From the NCBI GenBank assembly GCA_021848325.1, contig JAJZUU010000007.1, positions 2,341-66,340 on the forward strand: a stretch of 64,000 bases of DNA, in the 5' to 3' direction. This document shows, one piece after another, positions 59,857-64,000 of this stretch (position 1 is its first letter; each line of letters starts with the position of its first letter). A program made the translations under genes and the position numbers. The notes below the pieces were generated by a model, which was given only the letters and a program-made list of their open reading frames with translations, was not told the origin of the DNA and searched no databases. Source of the stretch: Pseudomonadota bacterium. Its GTDB lineage: Bacteria > Pseudomonadota > Gammaproteobacteria > Burkholderiales > JAJZUU01.

Positions 59857-60675
59857 ATGCAGCACGCCAACACCGCCGCCAAGCTGGCCTTGGCCAGCCT
59901 CCTCACCACCGCGCTTTCCGCCGGCGCGGCGGAATACCCCAAACAGATACAGTTGGCGATCGATTCTGGGGTAAAGGTGGTAAGGAGCTTCCCCGCCGCC
60001 TCCCACCTCAAGGGCTGGGTGCTTTCCAAGGAAGGGCAGTACTCCCTGGTCTTCACGACGCCAGACGGCAAGACCCTGCTGGCCGGGGACTTGATCGACG
60101 AATCGGGGCACAACCTGACCGCGGAATATGGGGAAAAATATGTTCCCAAACCCGATTTGAATTCGCTCTTTCAGGAACTCGGGCACAGGACCTACCTGGC
60201 GGAAGGCACGCAGAAATCGCCCAAGGCGGTGCTGTACGTGTTCTTCGACCCGGACTGTCCGTACTGCCATCTCACCTGGAAGGCGCTGCAGCCCTACGAA
60301 AAAGTGGGACTGCAGGTTCGCTGGGTACCCGTGGCTTATCTCAAACCCAGCTCCCTCGGGCGCGCCGCCGCTATCATGGCGGCGAAAGACCGGGTAGCGG
60401 CCTTTCGCGAGAACGAAGTCAAATTCGACGCCCGGAACAACGAGGGCGGGCTGAAACCCTTGAGCAAGCCTTCTCAGGCGATCGCTTCCGAACTGCGATC
60501 CAATATGGTGCTGTTGCAGAAGTTCGGCGCGTACGGCACGCCGGCGCTGGTGTGGAAAGACAAGGGAGGCAAGATCGAGATGAAGGGCGGCATGCCCCGC
60601 CTCTCCGAACTGCCCGGGATCACCGGCTTGCCGGAGCAAAAATCGGACGACCCGGATCTCGCGCACTTCCGCTGA
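59857..60675 (+). CDS. dsbG: Thiol:disulfide interchange protein DsbG
   Basis: TPDGKTLLAG.LID, FFDPDCPYCH, RWVPVAYL, GTPALV. Confidence 0.9.
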   Translation: MQHANTAAKLALASLLTTALSAGAAEYPKQIQLAIDSGVKVVRSFPAASHLKGWVLSKEGQYSLVFTTPDGKTLLAGDLIDESGHNLTAEYGEKYVPKPDLNSLFQELGHRTYLAEGTQKSPKAVLYVFFDPDCPYCHLTWKALQPYEKVGLQVRWVPVAYLKPSSLGRAAAIMAAKDRVAAFRENEVKFDARNNEGGLKPLSKPSQAIASELRSNMVLLQKFGAYGTPALVWKDKGGKIEMKGGMPRLSELPGITGLPEQKSDDPDLAHFR

Positions 60676-60736
60676 GGGCGCAATCCCCGGGGCCCGCACG
60701 GCCCCGCGCTCGACTGTGCCGGTCGGGCGGCGCGAT

Positions 60737-60933
60737 ACTGAACTACCACCTGCTAAAGCAGGTGGGTTAGCGCAGCTAGGCGCAGAGGACTAAAGTCCTC
60801 TTGCTCGCGCCCAGCTAAACGCGCAACACCAGCAAGGTGGAACGAGCTTCGGTTTGTTCCACGCTTGCTGAATTTGCAAGGCTAAAGCTGACCGGCTAAA
60901 GCCGGTGGTTTAAACCTTGCGATGGACAATTAA
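60737..60933. mobile_element. 197-bp non-autonomous IS200/IS605-type element, copy 1
   Basis: Subterminal hairpins CCACCTGC-TAAA-GCAGGTGG and ACCGGC-TAAA-GCCGGT; no terminal IR or TSD; identical to 61887-62083. Confidence 0.8.
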
Positions 60934-60996
60934 CGAGACAAGCGGATCGTAAACTCGTTAAAATAGCTCCTCGCCAACGCTAAGGAGCCGACAACC

Positions 60997-61701
60997 ATGC
61001 AAGTGGGACCCGCCTGCGAAGAACCCAACTTACGGCTCGAGACCCTCCGTTCCCGCGTCCTGCGGATGGGGGAAAAGGTCGAGCAGCAGCTTATCCACAC
61101 CCTGGACGGGCTCGCCAGCGGGGATATCGCCCTGCTGGACCGGATGATCGAGGGCGATCGGGAAATCAACGCCATGGAAGCGGGGATCGACGAGGCTTGC
61201 ACCCACCTCTTGGTGCAACGCCAGCGCGCACCGGGCGCGTTGCGCTTCAGCACGGCCGTGGTCAACATCATCTCGGACCTGAAACGGATCGGGGACGAGG
61301 CCAAGAATATCGCCCACACCAGCAAGCGCATCCACGCTTCGGGGCGCCCCCAGTTACCCGGTTACAGGACAGTCCGCAGCGCCGCGAACGTCACCCTGGG
61401 CATGTTGCGCAAGGTTCTGGACGCATTCGCCCGCCAGGAGGTCAATGCAGCGGCACAGGTCGCCCGGGAAGACAGCGCGGTCCACCACGAATTCCGCTCC
61501 GTCGTACGGCTGTTGGCCACCTTCATGATGGAGGGCCGGCGCGCCATTCCCGCCTCGGTGGACATCCTGTTCGTGGCCATGTCCATCCAGCGCATCGGCG
61601 ATCACGCCGGAAACATCGCCGAACACGTGGTCAATATGGCGGGCGTAGGACACGTGCGCCATACCCTGCGAGGCGAAGAGAGCATTTTGGCCATGAGATA
61701 G
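60997..61701 (+). CDS. phoU: PhoU-family protein (divergent, solitary)
   Basis: RSRVLRMG..VEQQL, D.EINAME..ID, DLKRIGDEAKNIA, RIGDHAGNIAE.V; RBS AAGGAG. Confidence 0.85.
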   Translation: MQVGPACEEPNLRLETLRSRVLRMGEKVEQQLIHTLDGLASGDIALLDRMIEGDREINAMEAGIDEACTHLLVQRQRAPGALRFSTAVVNIISDLKRIGDEAKNIAHTSKRIHASGRPQLPGYRTVRSAANVTLGMLRKVLDAFARQEVNAAAQVAREDSAVHHEFRSVVRLLATFMMEGRRAIPASVDILFVAMSIQRIGDHAGNIAEHVVNMAGVGHVRHTLRGEESILAMR

Positions 61702-61886
61702 GGGCCCGTTTAAAGTCCCGGACCGCACCGTACACCCTTCCTCCCGCCGGGCGCCTGCCCGGAAATTCGTACAGTTCCCCCCTCTCCGTGAGGCAATCGG
61801 CTCCATCAATTCCCCCGATTCGCGGGGAAGACCGCTGGCAGTCCGATGTCCGCCACCAGCTTCCTCACGCAACGCGCCTTACACAA

Positions 61887-62083
61887 ACTGAACTACCACC
61901 TGCTAAAGCAGGTGGGTTAGCGCAGCTAGGCGCAGAGGACTAAAGTCCTCTTGCTCGCGCCCAGCTAAACGCGCAACACCAGCAAGGTGGAACGAGCTTC
62001 GGTTTGTTCCACGCTTGCTGAATTTGCAAGGCTAAAGCTGACCGGCTAAAGCCGGTGGTTTAAACCTTGCGATGGACAATTAA
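61887..62083. mobile_element. 197-bp non-autonomous IS200/IS605-type element, copy 2
   Basis: Base-for-base identical to copy 1, same orientation, offset 1150. Confidence 0.8.
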
Positions 62084-62085
62084 GT

Positions 62086-62904
62086 TCAAATCACATCCGC
62101 AAAATAAGATTCCGCCCGCTTGAACAGGGCGTAGCTGATCGGCAGCATTATGGCCGTCAGCACGATCCCGGGCCATAGTGCGGTCAGGTCGGGCGGCTGG
62201 CCGTGCAGCAGGGCCCGCTGGAACGCATCGATGATGCCCGCGAGCGGGTTCAGTGTATATACCCTGTACAGGAAATCCGACCACGTGCCCGCCGCCTGGT
62301 GGACCAGCAGCTTTTGCTTGACCAGGGCAAGGGGATAGATCACCGGCGAGGCGTACATGAGCAGCGAAAGCGCGATCGGCAAAGCGGTCGCCACGTCGCG
62401 GTAGTAGACGTTCATGGCGGCGCCGACCAGGGACACCGTGAGGGACACGAGGATCGTGTAGGCGATGATGACCGGGACCCAGAGTGCGTAAGCTGTTGGG
62501 ACCATGTGATAATACGCCATCAACCCGGCAAGGATTATGAAGTTTATGCCCAGTTCCACCAGCTTGGTGAGTACGCTGGTGAAGGGAAATATCTCCCGCG
62601 GGAAATAGATTTTTCGAATCAGGCTTGCGTTTCCGACCACGCTGTTTATGCCGTCGGAAGTCGCTTCCTGAAAGAGGGTCCAGGGCATGAGCGCGGCAAA
62701 GGTCAGCACGGGGTACGGGATGTTTCCGCTGTCGATGCCGACGAAGCTTTTCACCAGGGTAAAAATCAGCATGAGCATCAGGGGCTTGAGAATCGCCCAC
62801 GCGATGCCCAGATAGGCCTGCTTGTAGCGCAAGGCGATGTTCTTCCACGCCAATGCCGCCATTAGTTCCCGGTAGGAAAAAATATTCCGGATCGTCTGAA
62901 TCAT
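62086..62904 (-). CDS. wzm: ABC-2 polysaccharide export permease (Wzm/RfbA-like)
   Basis: RELM..LAWKNIALRYKQAYLGIAWAILKPL, LIRKIYFPRE, VYYRDV, YASPVIYP, LNPLAGIIDAFQ. Confidence 0.9.
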   Translation of the reverse strand: MIQTIRNIFSYRELMAALAWKNIALRYKQAYLGIAWAILKPLMLMLIFTLVKSFVGIDSGNIPYPVLTFAALMPWTLFQEATSDGINSVVGNASLIRKIYFPREIFPFTSVLTKLVELGINFIILAGLMAYYHMVPTAYALWVPVIIAYTILVSLTVSLVGAAMNVYYRDVATALPIALSLLMYASPVIYPLALVKQKLLVHQAAGTWSDFLYRVYTLNPLAGIIDAFQRALLHGQPPDLTALWPGIVLTAIMLPISYALFKRAESYFADVI

Positions 62905-63051
62905 GTCTTGTTCCGTCGCTAAATATAACGGCTTGTCCGAGACGTCGCCTCGCGCACTCGAAACATGGATACCACACCAGCATCCCCTGAGCGGGGACAG
63001 TCGTGCCGGCGCTTGCGCCGCAAATGGTATTTGACGCAAGATTCATACCGG

Positions 63052-63258
63052 CTAGGAGCCTGTCGGACTTGAAGAATCGAAGCGAAGCGGGTCAGGCAGG
63101 CAAGCCGCATAGCGGCTGCTCGCAAAATTCGGCTGGCCGAGGACAGATTTTGTCGATTTTGCAGGTCAATAGTCGTTCTATTGACCAAAAAAGCGGCGAA
63201 ATATGGACCGGTCAGGTGGATTTGCAGCCGATTTCCTTTAAGTCCGACAGGCTCCTAG
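63052..63258. mobile_element. 207-bp MITE, copy 2
   Basis: Same as 23630-23836 except A at 63109 vs G at 23687. Confidence 0.9.
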
Positions 63259-63340
63259 CAAAATCGCCCGAGGACGCGTGAGGTAAGCTGGAAAAAATGG
63301 AGTCCAACGTTTCTGTAAAATGACGAAACGGAGGACTGAG

Positions 63341-63643
63341 ATGGAACGGATACCAAGAGGGATTTACACGCAGGAATTTCGGGAGCAGGCAGTGCGTCTG
63401 CATGAGGTGGATGGACTGACGATACCTGAAGTAGCGAGGCGGCTGTCCTTGCCGGGAGGGACGCTGAAGAACTGGGTTTATGCGGCGCGCCGGGGCAAGC
63501 TGGGCGAAGTGGGCAAGAACCAGAAGCCGCTGACCGATCTGGAACTGGAGCTGGCGCGGGTCAAGCGCGAGTTGGCTGAAGTCAGGATGGAGCGCGACTT
63601 GCTAAAAAAAGCGGCGGCCTACTTCGCGAGGGAGTCGCGGTGA
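63341..63643 (+). CDS. IS3 OrfA
   Basis: YTQEFREQAVRL..VARRLSLPGGTLKNWV..ELARVKRELAEVRMERDLLKKAAAYFA. Confidence 0.92.
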   Translation: MERIPRGIYTQEFREQAVRLHEVDGLTIPEVARRLSLPGGTLKNWVYAARRGKLGEVGKNQKPLTDLELELARVKRELAEVRMERDLLKKAAAYFARESR

Positions 63644-64000
63644 AGTACGGTCGAATGGACGAATGGCGACAGCAATATCCGGTAGCGGTGATGTGCCGTG
63701 TTTTTGAGGTTTCAGAGAGTGGTTTTTACGCTTGGCGGGATCGCCCCTTGTCGCCCCGTGCACAAGAGAATGCACGTCTGGAAATCGAGATTCGAGCGGC
63801 GCACCAGCGCACCCGTGAAACCTGCGGCCCGGAGCGGCTGCAAAGCGACCTGTCCGATCATGGTATCCGAGTGGGCGTGGATCGCATCAAGCGTATCCGC
63901 AGGAAGCTGGGACTGCGCTGCAAGCAGAAGAGAAAGTTCAAAGTGACCACCGATTCCAAACACAACCTGCCGGTGGCGCCGAACCTGCTGGAACGAAACT
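63640..64000 (+). CDS. IS3 OrfB transposase, partial
   Basis: -1 frame relative to orfA: QYPVAVMCRVFEVSESGFYAW...GPERL..L...RIRRKLGLRC..KRKFKVTTDSKHNLPVAPNLL. Confidence 0.9.
   Translation, partial: MKYGRMDEWRQQYPVAVMCRVFEVSESGFYAWRDRPLSPRAQENARLEIEIRAAHQRTRETCGPERLQSDLSDHGIRVGVDRIKRIRRKLGLRCKQKRKFKVTTDSKHNLPVAPNLLERN

Larger units (their letters stand above)
63279..64000 (+). mobile_element. IS3-family insertion sequence (IS600-like), truncated by window edge
   Basis: Starts TGAGGTA; orfA HTH plus orfB; A7G slippery site at 63604-63611. Confidence 0.9.

Overview
GC-rich bacterial chromosome segment; gene content and order (purM-purN-DUF3108-rsmB, rpmB-rpmG-radC/coaBC-dut, dcd-apbC/metG) suggest a betaproteobacterium (inference). 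The left ~19 kb (minus strand) is a multiheme-cytochrome cluster with 35 CxxCH motifs. It encodes a tetraheme cytochrome whose motif order resembles the Geobacter nanowire subunit OmcE, a PpiC foldase, a predicted outer-membrane beta-barrel, three c7-type trihemes and three NHL beta-propeller lipoproteins. It also has two tandem, almost nucleotide-identical 11-heme cytochromes with different C-terminal tails, a ResB/CcsA/TPR maturation module and a second ResB. The tetraheme gene and the second resB each have a sigma-54 promoter and share an upstream palindrome. The rest is mostly housekeeping and signalling: four GGDEF genes, an OxyR-rubrerythrin-rubredoxin locus and two unrelated amino-acid decarboxylases. 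Three families of non-autonomous miniature elements are each present twice, one pair flanking a lone divergent phoU. There is also a palindrome inserted in frame in metG, an orphan wzm and a truncated IS3 at the right edge. No rRNA, tRNA or CRISPR array was seen. All family assignments come from motif recognition without database searches.
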